Origin: an uncultured Candidatus Saccharibacteria bacterium
GTDB lineage: Bacteria; Patescibacteriota; Minisyncoccia; Ryanbacterales; GWA2-47-10b
Assembly: GCA_964356915.1 (NCBI GenBank)
Contig: CAYHJF010000002.1
Span: forward strand, 19,982 to 83,981
Reading direction: 5' to 3'
DNA length: 64,000 nt
Shown: piece after piece, positions 28,779-37,561 of the stretch
How the letters are laid out: every line of letters starts with the position of its first letter
Numbering within the stretch: position 1 is the stretch's first letter
The notes under the pieces: generated by a model
The model's input: the letters and a program-made list of their open reading frames with translations, nothing else
Database searches by the model: none
Told to the model about the DNA's origin: nothing
Position numbers and translations under genes: made by a program

Positions 28779-30425
28779 TTAAGGCAGTAATTTGCCGGTC
28801 GAGCGATAGCGTTCGATGTAAGGCAAGAGGTTGTCGCCTGGGCAATTGGTCGCGTCCGGCGTCTCGCGGTGACCGAGCACTCGTTCTTTCGGGATGCCTC
28901 GCTCTTTTCTGACCTTGTCGAGAAGCTCTTGCAGGGTCGCCAGCTGCTCTGCGCTCGGCTGTTCGCCTCCGCCGGAAGGATGGAAGGTGCCACAAAGCGC
29001 GATGCCTATCGATCGGTAGTTCATCTTCTGTGTGTCGGCATGCGCTCCGATTTTATTTTCGGGACGGCCGACAATGTGTACCCCGAGGCCATCCAACGCT
29101 CCTGCGATCCAGTGGTGATATGCGACGTCGCCCCAGCCAATTCCTATGTGGTTGTTTCGTATCGTGCTGAAGTGTGTTGAGTCTCGCGGAGTCGCAGAGT
29201 GGTGGACGATGATGTATTCGGGATAGTTTGATTTGTCGAATTTAGGAATGTCTTTTTGTGCGGAATATATAGTGCGTATCGTGTCCCATGCAACGATGAG
29301 CTTTGCTGCAAATTCGCCGGTATTTTTCACATAGTCCCAGATGAGTTTGTACTGCCCATCCCATGAGGAGCGATTTTCGAGGACGACCCCGAGTCTGCTC
29401 GAGGGCGTCCATCCTTCGCGGTCAACAATTTCTTGCACAATTTCTCGCAAATCGGGAGATTCGTATACGCTATTTGCCGTCCAGTGAAGTCCGACGAATA
29501 CTCCTGCCGCCGATTCGCCAATAGTCCATTCCGTTTGCGCTTTTGTTTTCTGTCGCGTCGATGGTCGGTTTGAGCCATCGCTTGCAAATACAGCAGCGTC
29601 GTCTTCGGCAAATCCTTTGATAAGAAGGTTCGGGAAGCGATTGTTCTGATCCGCCTGCGTGATCATCAGGTATGCGCCGATGATATTTGCCTGGCGCGGA
29701 ATGCTCAGTGCACTGAATATCAATCCTCCTTCGTTTATATCCGCGCCATCATCTCCGAGTGTGATCACGTTGCCGGTCGGACTTCCCTGCCACGTCGTTT
29801 TATTTATCTCTACTCCGTCTCGATCATTTCCTGCGATCGTACCGACGCTTACGTTTTTCATCGTGTACCAGACCTCAAGCTCCGCCTGGTACCCGTCGCC
29901 CTTGATTTTGTCGTAGCAGGTTTCCGCCTGCCCCGATGAAGATCCATTATCTTCAATGACGAGGGCGAGAGCGTTGCCCGGTTTCCACCCGCTCTGCGCG
30001 ACGATCTCTTCAATAAGCAGCTGAAGGTTCGGTGTCTGTGCCCATTCGTGCACCTCCCATTTTTTGATGATGTGCCACGCGACAGAGTTCACTGTCTTCG
30101 TGCGCTGGCTCGGCCGAGATGATTGCGAGAATACTTTCGTGTTGGATTCCTTTATGCCTTTGACAATGAGCTTTACGTCCGGGTCTGAGCTATCTGTTAC
30201 TGCAGGTCGAATTTTCAGCCGGGCGAGGGCTATCTTTGCGTTGCGAGGAATATCTACCCCACGGAATCTGAAGGCGGCCGAATAGACCGATCCGCCGGAA
30301 TTGCCGATGGTTATTACGCTACTCGCGTTGCCGTTCCCGTTCCATGTCGTCGCGTCTTGTTCGCGTCCGTCATCAGTTGATTGGGCAACCGTCGTTTTGA
30401 ATTTGGCGACATGGTTCATTGTCAT
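28779..30425 (-). CDS. Virion-associated peptidoglycan hydrolase with C-terminal Amidase_2 domain and duplicated N-terminal domains
   Basis: C-terminus YIIVHHSATPRDSTHF...GIGWGDVAYHHWI...HADTQKMNYRSIGIALCG...TNCPG (PGRP-type amidase). Two internal ~120-aa repeats: W..GNALALVIEDNGSSSGQ and W..SSRLGVVLENRSSWDGQ. Confidence 0.75.
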   Translation of the reverse strand: MTMNHVAKFKTTVAQSTDDGREQDATTWNGNGNASSVITIGNSGGSVYSAAFRFRGVDIPRNAKIALARLKIRPAVTDSSDPDVKLIVKGIKESNTKVFSQSSRPSQRTKTVNSVAWHIIKKWEVHEWAQTPNLQLLIEEIVAQSGWKPGNALALVIEDNGSSSGQAETCYDKIKGDGYQAELEVWYTMKNVSVGTIAGNDRDGVEINKTTWQGSPTGNVITLGDDGADINEGGLIFSALSIPRQANIIGAYLMITQADQNNRFPNLLIKGFAEDDAAVFASDGSNRPSTRQKTKAQTEWTIGESAAGVFVGLHWTANSVYESPDLREIVQEIVDREGWTPSSRLGVVLENRSSWDGQYKLIWDYVKNTGEFAAKLIVAWDTIRTIYSAQKDIPKFDKSNYPEYIIVHHSATPRDSTHFSTIRNNHIGIGWGDVAYHHWIAGALDGLGVHIVGRPENKIGAHADTQKMNYRSIGIALCGTFHPSGGGEQPSAEQLATLQELLDKVRKERGIPKERVLGHRETPDATNCPGDNLLPYIERYRSTGKLLP

Positions 30426-30427
30426 AC

Positions 30428-31015
30428 CTACGCCTTGCGTAAGGCGATAAGGGGCACAGGAAGACTCCAATCAGTCGGGCTTCCGGTTGGGTACGTCGCA
30501 GGCAGTGCGCCATAGGATTGCGTGACCGCATAACCCAAGTACGGCGTGCCTGTAAGTCCGTTATCGAAGCCCATGAATGTGGCGATCGCGTCGGGCGCAG
30601 GAATTGCTGCGACCACGAGGGACGTAGTATCTTGGCCGACAAGTGTGAGCCAATAGAGCTTTCCTCCTTTGAGGGTTAGATCGATCGTGAGTTCTTTCAG
30701 GCCGATCGTATTCACATCTACTTCGCCCGCATCAAGAACGAGCGCGCCCGGATAAACCGTGCCGTCGCCTTTATCCTCGTACACGCCAAGTCGGGCTTTC
30801 GGAGTTGTGCCGGACGCGAGAGTCGTCACACGGATCGCAATGCGATCGAATTTCATCGTCTTTGGAACGAAGAACGGAAACGCTCGGAGCGAGTTGGCCG
30901 AAGCCAACGCTTGGGTCGTAACCGTACCGCCGGTCATGTATGGACCGAAATATCTGCCGGTCTTTCTTATACGCAGGAAGCTAAAGTCTCCCTGTTGTGG
31001 AATGAAGTCAGCCAT
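30428..31015 (-). CDS. Phage structural protein, hypothetical
   Basis: 195-aa beta-rich protein in the head-tail region. Confidence 0.35.
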   Translation of the reverse strand: MADFIPQQGDFSFLRIRKTGRYFGPYMTGGTVTTQALASANSLRAFPFFVPKTMKFDRIAIRVTTLASGTTPKARLGVYEDKGDGTVYPGALVLDAGEVDVNTIGLKELTIDLTLKGGKLYWLTLVGQDTTSLVVAAIPAPDAIATFMGFDNGLTGTPYLGYAVTQSYGALPATYPTGSPTDWSLPVPLIALRKA

Positions 31016-31020
31016 ATACT

Positions 31021-31314
31021 TTATTGCTCAACGATCAGCTCAACCTTGTCGCCACTCACCTCTGCATCGACGTAGCCTTTGTTGGCGTTGCTAATGCGGA
31101 GCTTTACGGCTTCGCCAGGTTCGAGCGTGAATTTTCCGGCTTGCGCTTGCAGTGCCGTATCTCCGACTTTTATTGCACCCTTGTTGGTGCGCTTCGCTTT
31201 CACGACGAGTTCACACGCGCTGCCGACTGGAATGTCGGGAAGCTGCACCGCAGTTCCTGCGGTTGCCACTGTCACATCGTTAACTGCGAATTTTGCTCTA
31301 CTTTCTACTGACAT
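31021..31314 (-). CDS. Small beta-rich phage protein (possible decoration/Ig-like)
   Basis: 97-aa ORF directly downstream of the capsid region. Confidence 0.35.
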   Translation of the reverse strand: MSVESRAKFAVNDVTVATAGTAVQLPDIPVGSACELVVKAKRTNKGAIKVGDTALQAQAGKFTLEPGEAVKLRISNANKGYVDAEVSGDKVELIVEQ

Positions 31315-31365
31315 ATCGTTGTGCCTTTTATTGGTGGATAATGTTCGACCTTTGTGTGAAGCGAT

Positions 31366-31812
31366 TTAGAAGGTCGCCTCTTCCTTTTCTTTTTCCTTGT
31401 CTTTCTCTTTGTCGGCGTCCTTGCCCTGTCCGGCTGTTCTGCCACGGCCGGTGCCCGGCGTGCTCGATCCTTCTTCGTGTCCTTGACCGCGCAATGCCAT
31501 CTCGCGCTTCTCAACGTCGGCTTCGCGTTCCGCGATTTCTTTCTCGCGCTCTTCAAGGGACTGCGCTTCGAGTGCTGAGTCCATTTCGCCGGTGACTTCA
31601 CGGAAGTCACGACCCAATTGCGGACAGGTGTCGAGGAATTTCTGCTCCATCTTGTCGTCCGTCTCGTAGATGCCATTTTCGAATTCGATTGTCTTGCCCG
31701 GTGTGGTCATCGGAGTACCGTTCACAATCTGCGTAACACTCGGCTTCATGACGATGCTGTAATGCAGGCCGTAGCGAGTTGCGTAACGCTTGGATTCTTT
31801 TTTGTCTGACAT
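31366..31812 (-). CDS. Phage head-associated protein, hypothetical
   Basis: 148 aa with an acidic, Lys/Glu-repeat C-terminus. Confidence 0.35.
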   Translation of the reverse strand: MSDKKESKRYATRYGLHYSIVMKPSVTQIVNGTPMTTPGKTIEFENGIYETDDKMEQKFLDTCPQLGRDFREVTGEMDSALEAQSLEEREKEIAEREADVEKREMALRGQGHEEGSSTPGTGRGRTAGQGKDADKEKDKEKEKEEATF

Positions 31813-31821
31813 AATAATTTC

Positions 31822-31905
31822 GTTAATTAATTGGTTAATAAACGTCGACCAAAACCCTCAAGGGCTTCCCTCGATCAGGCGGCTTTGGGAAGCCTTGGCC
31901 GTCCG
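31822..31905 (-). terminator. Possible attenuator/terminator after capsid gene
   Basis: Minus-strand hairpins ggcttccc...gggaagcc and ccctcaaggg, followed by ttttgg. Partial termination after a highly expressed capsid gene is common in phages. Confidence 0.3.
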
Positions 31906-31920
31906 ATCGAGTCTTGAGAA

Positions 31921-33102
31921 TTAAGCGAATTCCACTATCGCGTGTCGCTCAGGCTGTTCGAATTGGAGTCCACATTCAGTCAGGTATTCGTCTACTCGTG
32001 CGTCTTCGCCATTGCCTTGTCGGTTCGTGAGGAGCTTCGTGTCTCGGCTTGCGAGATATCGATAAGTCAGCGTCTCGAGGTCAAGTCCTACTCCGCTCTT
32101 TCCGTAGAGATTTCCTATCAGGAGATCGTGCTTGATGAGATTGAGTGTGCCGTGAGGCGAGAAGTACTTGATGACCGTGAGGCCAAAAGTCTTTTCGTTC
32201 GACACTACCTGCAGCTTGTCCATCGCAAATTCGTTGATCTTGCTAATCACATACGGCGATGCAAAGAGGTACTTTTCGGAGTTTCCGTGGCTGAAGAGAA
32301 GTTCGAGGTATGTCGTGAATTCCGCTCGGGTCGATACGTTGCTCTTCTTCTGCGTGATCCTTGGGAAGAGTCCCTGAGTAAAGCGTTTCGGATGGGTCAG
32401 ACCGCTCGTCAGTTGCTCTTTCTTTCCGAAAAGGAACGCTCGCTCAATGTCTATCAAGTGCTCGGTAGCTTTCTTTTTTGTCTGGAAGTCAAAGTCACTT
32501 TCCTTCGTCCATCCCTTCGTGTTGCGTGCTGTCTCGGTGATACCGATCGGGGTTCGGAAGATTTGCGTGTAGTTCGATACCTGTGCCACAGTCGTCGCCT
32601 TGATCTCGCGTACATCCGCGCCTTCTTGGTTTGCATTGCCGATTATCCAGATGATGTCGTTCGTAAGCAGCAAACCTCCGCCAGTTCCCGCGTCGCCGAT
32701 CTTTCGGAGCACAGTGAGCGTGCTAGTACCCGGCGTTACTGCCGTCACAAGCATCACTTCACCACTCGGATTGTTCGTAACCTGTGTCGTTTTCACGCAC
32801 AGGAGAACATCTCCGACACTGAAGTAGCCGACATTCGTTACCACGAGTGCCGTTGCACCGCCCTGATCTGCCGACACGATGTCCTCGCGCGCGCCATACT
32901 TGTCTTCGAACCATTTGAATTCCGGATCAGTCGTCTCTTTCTTTTTCAGTGCCTTACCCTGCTTTGAAACAGGGTCTTTTCCTGCGTTCGTGAGAATCGC
33001 AAGCATTGGATATCGTTCGACATCAAGCAGTGAGATGACATCCGCGACATCGTACTTGCGTGCGACGCCGAGGTGTCCAGTTCCGCGTATTCCTTCTGTC
33101 AT
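31921..33102 (-). CDS. Putative major capsid protein (HK97-like)
   Basis: 393 aa. Sits just after the scaffold-like acidic protein and upstream of the head-completion ORFs. Composition is typical of capsid proteins. Confidence 0.55.
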   Translation of the reverse strand: MTEGIRGTGHLGVARKYDVADVISLLDVERYPMLAILTNAGKDPVSKQGKALKKKETTDPEFKWFEDKYGAREDIVSADQGGATALVVTNVGYFSVGDVLLCVKTTQVTNNPSGEVMLVTAVTPGTSTLTVLRKIGDAGTGGGLLLTNDIIWIIGNANQEGADVREIKATTVAQVSNYTQIFRTPIGITETARNTKGWTKESDFDFQTKKKATEHLIDIERAFLFGKKEQLTSGLTHPKRFTQGLFPRITQKKSNVSTRAEFTTYLELLFSHGNSEKYLFASPYVISKINEFAMDKLQVVSNEKTFGLTVIKYFSPHGTLNLIKHDLLIGNLYGKSGVGLDLETLTYRYLASRDTKLLTNRQGNGEDARVDEYLTECGLQFEQPERHAIVEFA

Positions 33103-33151
33103 AGAGTTTTTGTGCGGTTAGTTATTAATGCTCTGGAAGGTTCGACCCTGG

Positions 33152-34012
33152 CTATACGCCAAGACCTCCCAATGGGCTTTTTGACCCACCCGTTCCGAAG
33201 ACACTTTCGAGGCGTTTTGTTTCAGCCCCCTTGCCATCGTCAGGTGAAGCGGAGGAGCCACCTCCACGTTCAACAACGGCCTTAGCTTTCTTGAGCCTCG
33301 TTCTCTCTTTTTCGGTAGTAGTGGTTTCGCCCTTGGCAGTACCGGAGAAGGCGTCAACTTTGGCGCACGCCTCTTTGAGGGGCATGTGCACGCCTTTCTG
33401 TGCGGCATTGTCAATCAAGGCAAGGACGAGTTCGCGGTATTCCGCGTTCGTCTTCAGGAGAGGGTGATCCTTCTTGGCTTCCCTAATCTCCTGCGCGACC
33501 GACTGCTGGACCGCGGAGCGTTCCTGCACCGTCGAATCGACTTGAGACTGAATGTGCTTAATCACCCACTCTGCAAATTGCGCTGGACTCATCTTTGAGA
33601 GTTCCTCGTTGCTTGGAATCTCTATCTTGCCTACCTTGGTCTTTTTCTTATCCGTCTCTTTATCTTTTTTCTTGTCGCCACTTTCGCTCTTCCCTTTCTT
33701 TTTTTCGATGGCTTCGATCTCGCGTATTACATCCTCTCGGCTTTTTCCGTGCCACCGTTCCGGATTTTTAATTTTGGGCTTGTCCTTATCTTCTTCGTCC
33801 TCTTCCTCATCCTCCTCTTCGTTATCTTTCTTATCTTTGTCGTCGTCACCTTCCTCTTCTTCCTCGGCTTCGTCTTCGCCCTCTTCGCCTTGCTCGTCCT
33901 TTTCCTCTTCGTCTTTTTCTTCTTCATCGTCAGGCGACTCGTTTTCCATCTCATCATCCTTTTCATTGGGATCGCCGAGTGCGTTATTCAATTCTTGGGT
34001 TCGTTTGTCCAT
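33152..34012 (-). CDS. Putative scaffolding protein (highly acidic N-terminus, Lys-rich middle)
   Basis: Asp/Glu run DDEEEKDEEEKDEQGEEGEDEAEEEEEGDDDKDKKDNEEEDEEEDEEDKD, then a KK-rich helical region. Confidence 0.45.
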   Translation of the reverse strand: MDKRTQELNNALGDPNEKDDEMENESPDDEEEKDEEEKDEQGEEGEDEAEEEEEGDDDKDKKDNEEEDEEEDEEDKDKPKIKNPERWHGKSREDVIREIEAIEKKKGKSESGDKKKDKETDKKKTKVGKIEIPSNEELSKMSPAQFAEWVIKHIQSQVDSTVQERSAVQQSVAQEIREAKKDHPLLKTNAEYRELVLALIDNAAQKGVHMPLKEACAKVDAFSGTAKGETTTTEKERTRLKKAKAVVERGGGSSASPDDGKGAETKRLESVFGTGGSKSPLGGLGV

Positions 34013-34037
34013 GAATAGATTTATTAGATTGGTAAAT

Positions 34038-34319
34038 TTATGAGTCGCGCAGTGCCTTTGCCGCGTCTTCTTTTGCCTCCAGTGCGGTTGCTACCATCGC
34101 GAGTACGCTCTCATATGCGTTGATGTTGGCTCTCATCTGTAAATATTCCGAAGCGATTTTTTCTATCGTCATTCCCTCCACGTTCATCGTCCGGAGTTCT
34201 GCGTTCGTGATACGGAGTTCATCTCGCATCTTCGCTTCGAGCCATTGCCACCCCGAAGATTTCGTCATCTCCAGTACGTTCATTCCGACTTCCAGTTGTT
34301 TTTCGTACTCGTCTTTCAT
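34038..34319 (-). CDS. Small coiled-coil phage protein
   Basis: 93-aa ORF in the head module. Confidence 0.3.
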   Translation of the reverse strand: MKDEYEKQLEVGMNVLEMTKSSGWQWLEAKMRDELRITNAELRTMNVEGMTIEKIASEYLQMRANINAYESVLAMVATALEAKEDAAKALRDS

Positions 34320-34331
34320 AAAAATTAAAGG

Positions 34332-34646
34332 CTATTCCTCTTCCTCTGCGGAAGGTTCACCCTGCTCTCCACTGTCTTCAGGGAGATCCATTTCTGGACC
34401 GCCAACGCCAAGGCCACCGAGCTTGTCATTGGTTTCGTTCTGGAGTGCTGTCAGCGTTTCGATAATAGTTGAGATCACATCAGGGAACGGAGTGCCTTCT
34501 TCGTATGCCTTCTTCGCCGCATTCACGATTGCATCAACTTTCTCCCAATCCTTTTCCATCTCTGGTCCACCTTCTTCTTTCTTCAATCCAACAGCTTCCG
34601 ACTCCGCACCTTCTTCGATTTGCTCTTCTTCGTTTTCTTTTGCCAT
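34332..34646 (-). CDS. Small acidic phage protein
   Basis: 104-aa ORF in the head module. Confidence 0.3.
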   Translation of the reverse strand: MAKENEEEQIEEGAESEAVGLKKEEGGPEMEKDWEKVDAIVNAAKKAYEEGTPFPDVISTIIETLTALQNETNDKLGGLGVGGPEMDLPEDSGEQGEPSAEEEE

Positions 34647-34680
34647 ATATTTAATGGTTAATTGTTAATAATTTCGACCT

Positions 34681-34863
34681 TTATTTTTTGGAGAGCACGA
34701 GCGTTGCTGTATCACCCAGCTCGTACCCTTTCGCCTGATCTCTTGTGAGATGAAGCGTTTGCACCGATCCTCCGACGACCTGCAGCGATACGATGATGTA
34801 TTCGCCGCTTATCGTTTTGCTGAGGACGGTGCACTGTTGGGTGATGATGTCTGTTTTTGCCAT
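34681..34863 (-). CDS. Small phage protein
   Basis: 60-aa ORF between the portal and the acidic protein. Confidence 0.25.
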   Translation of the reverse strand: MAKTDIITQQCTVLSKTISGEYIIVSLQVVGGSVQTLHLTRDQAKGYELGDTATLVLSKK

Positions 34864-34870
34864 ATGCGTT

Positions 34871-36718
34871 TTACTTACCGCCGATAAATGGAAGGCTGTT
34901 TAATGCCCTACGGATAAACGATGGTCGACGTACCACCGCGCTCCCTTCAACATTCGGTTGCCCTGCATTCTCAGGGGTTGCTACAGGTTCGGGAGTCGCC
35001 TGTGGCTGTGGTTTTTTCTTTTCTTCGCCGAAGAACAACGTCTTATACGCTTCTTTGTCAGTCGCCTCGAGGATCATCTCTTCTATCGCTCTCTTTCGCG
35101 TTTTGTAGGCTTTCACTGCGTCGGGGTCGTTCGGATCAGGCTTATCGCCACCTACGAATCGGTCGTGAAGCATGAGGGATTCGTTCAGTCGTGTCTGCTT
35201 GTCGGGAGGAACAGCCGGTTCAATCTCGACCACCGCATCGACCTTCACTTCCTTGTCCTGCTGTTTGAATTCTTTGAATTCAACATCGTCGCCAACTATG
35301 CGGTAGAGTTTGTCTTCAGTCAGGAATTCTTGATTCAACTGCACAAGGTTATTTGCGAGGCGCGTGAGCGCGAAGGCAATATTTCCTGCAAAAGAACCGA
35401 GGCGCATATTGCTTTGGCCGATGAGCATTTCGACTTTGCCTAGTGGTTCTTGCGCCGACTTAGGCTGTCCCGAGGCATACTCGGAGATAGCTAGTGTTCT
35501 CTCGATTTCTTCGCGGAGCATTTTCTCTTCATTAATACCCATCAGGCTTATTTCAGGTGGCCGCTCGATTACGACGTCGTCCATCTTTCGCAGTTCCCAC
35601 TTTGCGCCCGGCCCGAAGACGATGCTGTCTTTCGTTATGCCCGAGTCCTTGCGGATTTTGATTACTGGATCGAGCATGAGAATGACATCGTCCATGCGCT
35701 GATTTCGGAGGTCGGCAATTTCGATAATGGTCGACTCCACCGGCTCGATATGACCGATCGACCAAAACTCCCAGGGCAGATCGTGATCGGGTAGGTCTAT
35801 GAAAATGCGACCGCTGTTCACGCTCTTGTATGGGTTATCGTCGTTTCGGATGAGTGTGTCTTGGTTCGCAATCGTGACGATCTTACACTCTTCAAAGTCC
35901 CAGCATTCCCATAGCTCTATTTGCTTTTCTTTCTCGCTCTTATCACTGCCGACTTTGATGGTCGCTCCTTCGGCCGAATCGCTGCCGACCGCGATCTGCC
36001 CCATCTTTTTCGTGTCGATTTCGTATCGCTCTTTCTTCCAATCATCGACGCTCTTTGATTCGACAAACTTCAGATTCTTGTAAATCTTGTCATCGCCTCG
36101 CGCTTCTTCTTCTTTTTCGAGCTTCGCTTTCGTCTTCGCTATTCGGCGTATGAGCCACGGACAGTCTTCGTGCAGATCGATTGTTTCGGGAGCAATAAGG
36201 ATTTCCCACAGGTCGAGAATGTCGAGTACAGGATCGTCGTAGTCTCCGGACTTCATCCAAGTCGTCATGCCAATGCCGTTGCCATAGATACTCGAAGACT
36301 TCACCCAGTCACGCAGCCGGACCGTGAGCTTAATGATGTCGAAGTCGTAGTTGACCAGATCGTCCCAGGATTGAAGCGAATTAGATTGGAGGTCTTTCTT
36401 TTCTCTCGGGAGGATGCGCGTCTTGCGCTTCGCCGTCGCCATTCGGGAGACCACCGTTTCGATGATCTCGAACGCGATCGGCGGCATCAGACGTGTCTCG
36501 TATGCGTAGTTTTGTCGCTCCTGATAAGCGCGATAGAGCTTGTACATACGGAGATGCTTCGCTCGGTACGGACGCATGAATTCTTCCGCACGAGTGAATC
36601 TTTTCTTCCATTTTTCAACGAGCTTTTTTTCTTCTTCAGACGGCGAATAGACCTCATCATTCGATGATGATTCAGTATCTTCCTGCGTTTGTTTTTCTGT
36701 ATCTTTTTCTTCTGCCAT
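34871..36718 (-). CDS. Putative portal protein
   Basis: 615 aa, first gene of the structural operon, with an acidic N-terminus. Confidence 0.5.
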   Translation of the reverse strand: MAEEKDTEKQTQEDTESSSNDEVYSPSEEEKKLVEKWKKRFTRAEEFMRPYRAKHLRMYKLYRAYQERQNYAYETRLMPPIAFEIIETVVSRMATAKRKTRILPREKKDLQSNSLQSWDDLVNYDFDIIKLTVRLRDWVKSSSIYGNGIGMTTWMKSGDYDDPVLDILDLWEILIAPETIDLHEDCPWLIRRIAKTKAKLEKEEEARGDDKIYKNLKFVESKSVDDWKKERYEIDTKKMGQIAVGSDSAEGATIKVGSDKSEKEKQIELWECWDFEECKIVTIANQDTLIRNDDNPYKSVNSGRIFIDLPDHDLPWEFWSIGHIEPVESTIIEIADLRNQRMDDVILMLDPVIKIRKDSGITKDSIVFGPGAKWELRKMDDVVIERPPEISLMGINEEKMLREEIERTLAISEYASGQPKSAQEPLGKVEMLIGQSNMRLGSFAGNIAFALTRLANNLVQLNQEFLTEDKLYRIVGDDVEFKEFKQQDKEVKVDAVVEIEPAVPPDKQTRLNESLMLHDRFVGGDKPDPNDPDAVKAYKTRKRAIEEMILEATDKEAYKTLFFGEEKKKPQPQATPEPVATPENAGQPNVEGSAVVRRPSFIRRALNSLPFIGGK

Positions 36719-36724
36719 AAACTG

Positions 36725-36748
36725 AAAAAACCGAGCTTAGAAGCTCGG
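36725..36748 (-). terminator. Intrinsic terminator upstream of portal gene (terminates DUF559/RM transcript)
   Basis: Minus-strand hairpin ccgagctt/aagctcgg followed by tttttt. Confidence 0.4.
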
Positions 36749-37018
36749 TTCCTCCAGTAATGGGTAGCACTGCGACACCCATCATTGGAGGAACAGAGCC
36801 TCCAATCGGTGTCGAATCGTGTTTGTCGGGCAAATAAAAAACGAGGCTCCGACTCCTAGCTCTCAAAGCAAAATGCCTTGAGAACAGAAGTCGTAGCCCC
36901 GTGTCGTTTAGTCTCCAGAGGAGACGCCGTCAGGCGACGTTTCTTTACCACATAATTGTAGCATTGAATACCCAGGGACCGTCAAGAGCCGATGTGGATA
37001 GTTTAGTTGCTTAGATTT

Positions 37019-37387
37019 CTACTCTAAATGCAGGTATATCTTTCGCTCTCTTATTTTCGATGCTTCAGCGAGGGCATCTGAAATCTCGGGCAGATGCAAA
37101 CGAATCATCTCATTCGGGATGTGCATTGTATCGAACCCATTTTTATGGGAATAATATCCCCTACTCAAGTCTGCCACGATCTGATCCGCATTCGTAAGGT
37201 GTTGGATGCCGTCAATCTCTACGTTGATTTTTGCTTTTGGAATCGCGAGATCGATATGTTTGTGGCCGTCATGTAGTTCGACCATGACACGGACACCTTT
37301 TCCTTCGAGCGCAGCCTTTAAATCCGCCGCCTCTTTTGTTGGTGTTCGAAATTTCTTTATGACGATTTTTTCTTCGGTTATTTGCAT
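37019..37387 (-). CDS. DUF559-family (Vsr-like) endonuclease domain protein
   Basis: INVEIDGIQH...ADLSRGYYSHKNGFDTMHIPNEMI matches the DUF559 VELDGxQH...D..R...G pattern. Confidence 0.55.
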   Translation of the reverse strand: MQITEEKIVIKKFRTPTKEAADLKAALEGKGVRVMVELHDGHKHIDLAIPKAKINVEIDGIQHLTNADQIVADLSRGYYSHKNGFDTMHIPNEMIRLHLPEISDALAEASKIRERKIYLHLE

Positions 37388-37393
37388 TGAATT

Positions 37394-37556
37394 TTATAGA
37401 CCCTCCTCAGCTACCTCGATTGCATCATCTTCGTCTAAGCCTTCGTCGATGAGTTCCTGCGCTCTCTCGGCCGTGTCCTTATCGAGATCGTGGCTTTTCA
37501 TGATCTCTTTCACATCCTCGTCGATCTCTTCAGGTTTTTCTACTTCATCGTCACTC
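37394..37556 (-). CDS. 54-aa hyper-acidic micro-ORF (not in ORF track)
   Basis: Manual translation: MSDDEVEKPEEIDEDVKEIMKSHDLDKDTAERAQELIDEGLDEDDAIEVAEEGL. 24 of 54 residues are Asp/Glu, net charge about -19. Confidence 0.3.
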
Positions 37557-37561
37557 ATTTT

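Noticed and set aside
31942-32967. 341-aa plus-strand ORF antisense to the capsid gene, and 33552..34043 (Ser-rich, 163 aa) antisense to the scaffold gene.
   Set aside because: Both are antisense shadows of compositionally biased genes. The minus-strand frames fit the operon direction and its tight start/stop packing.
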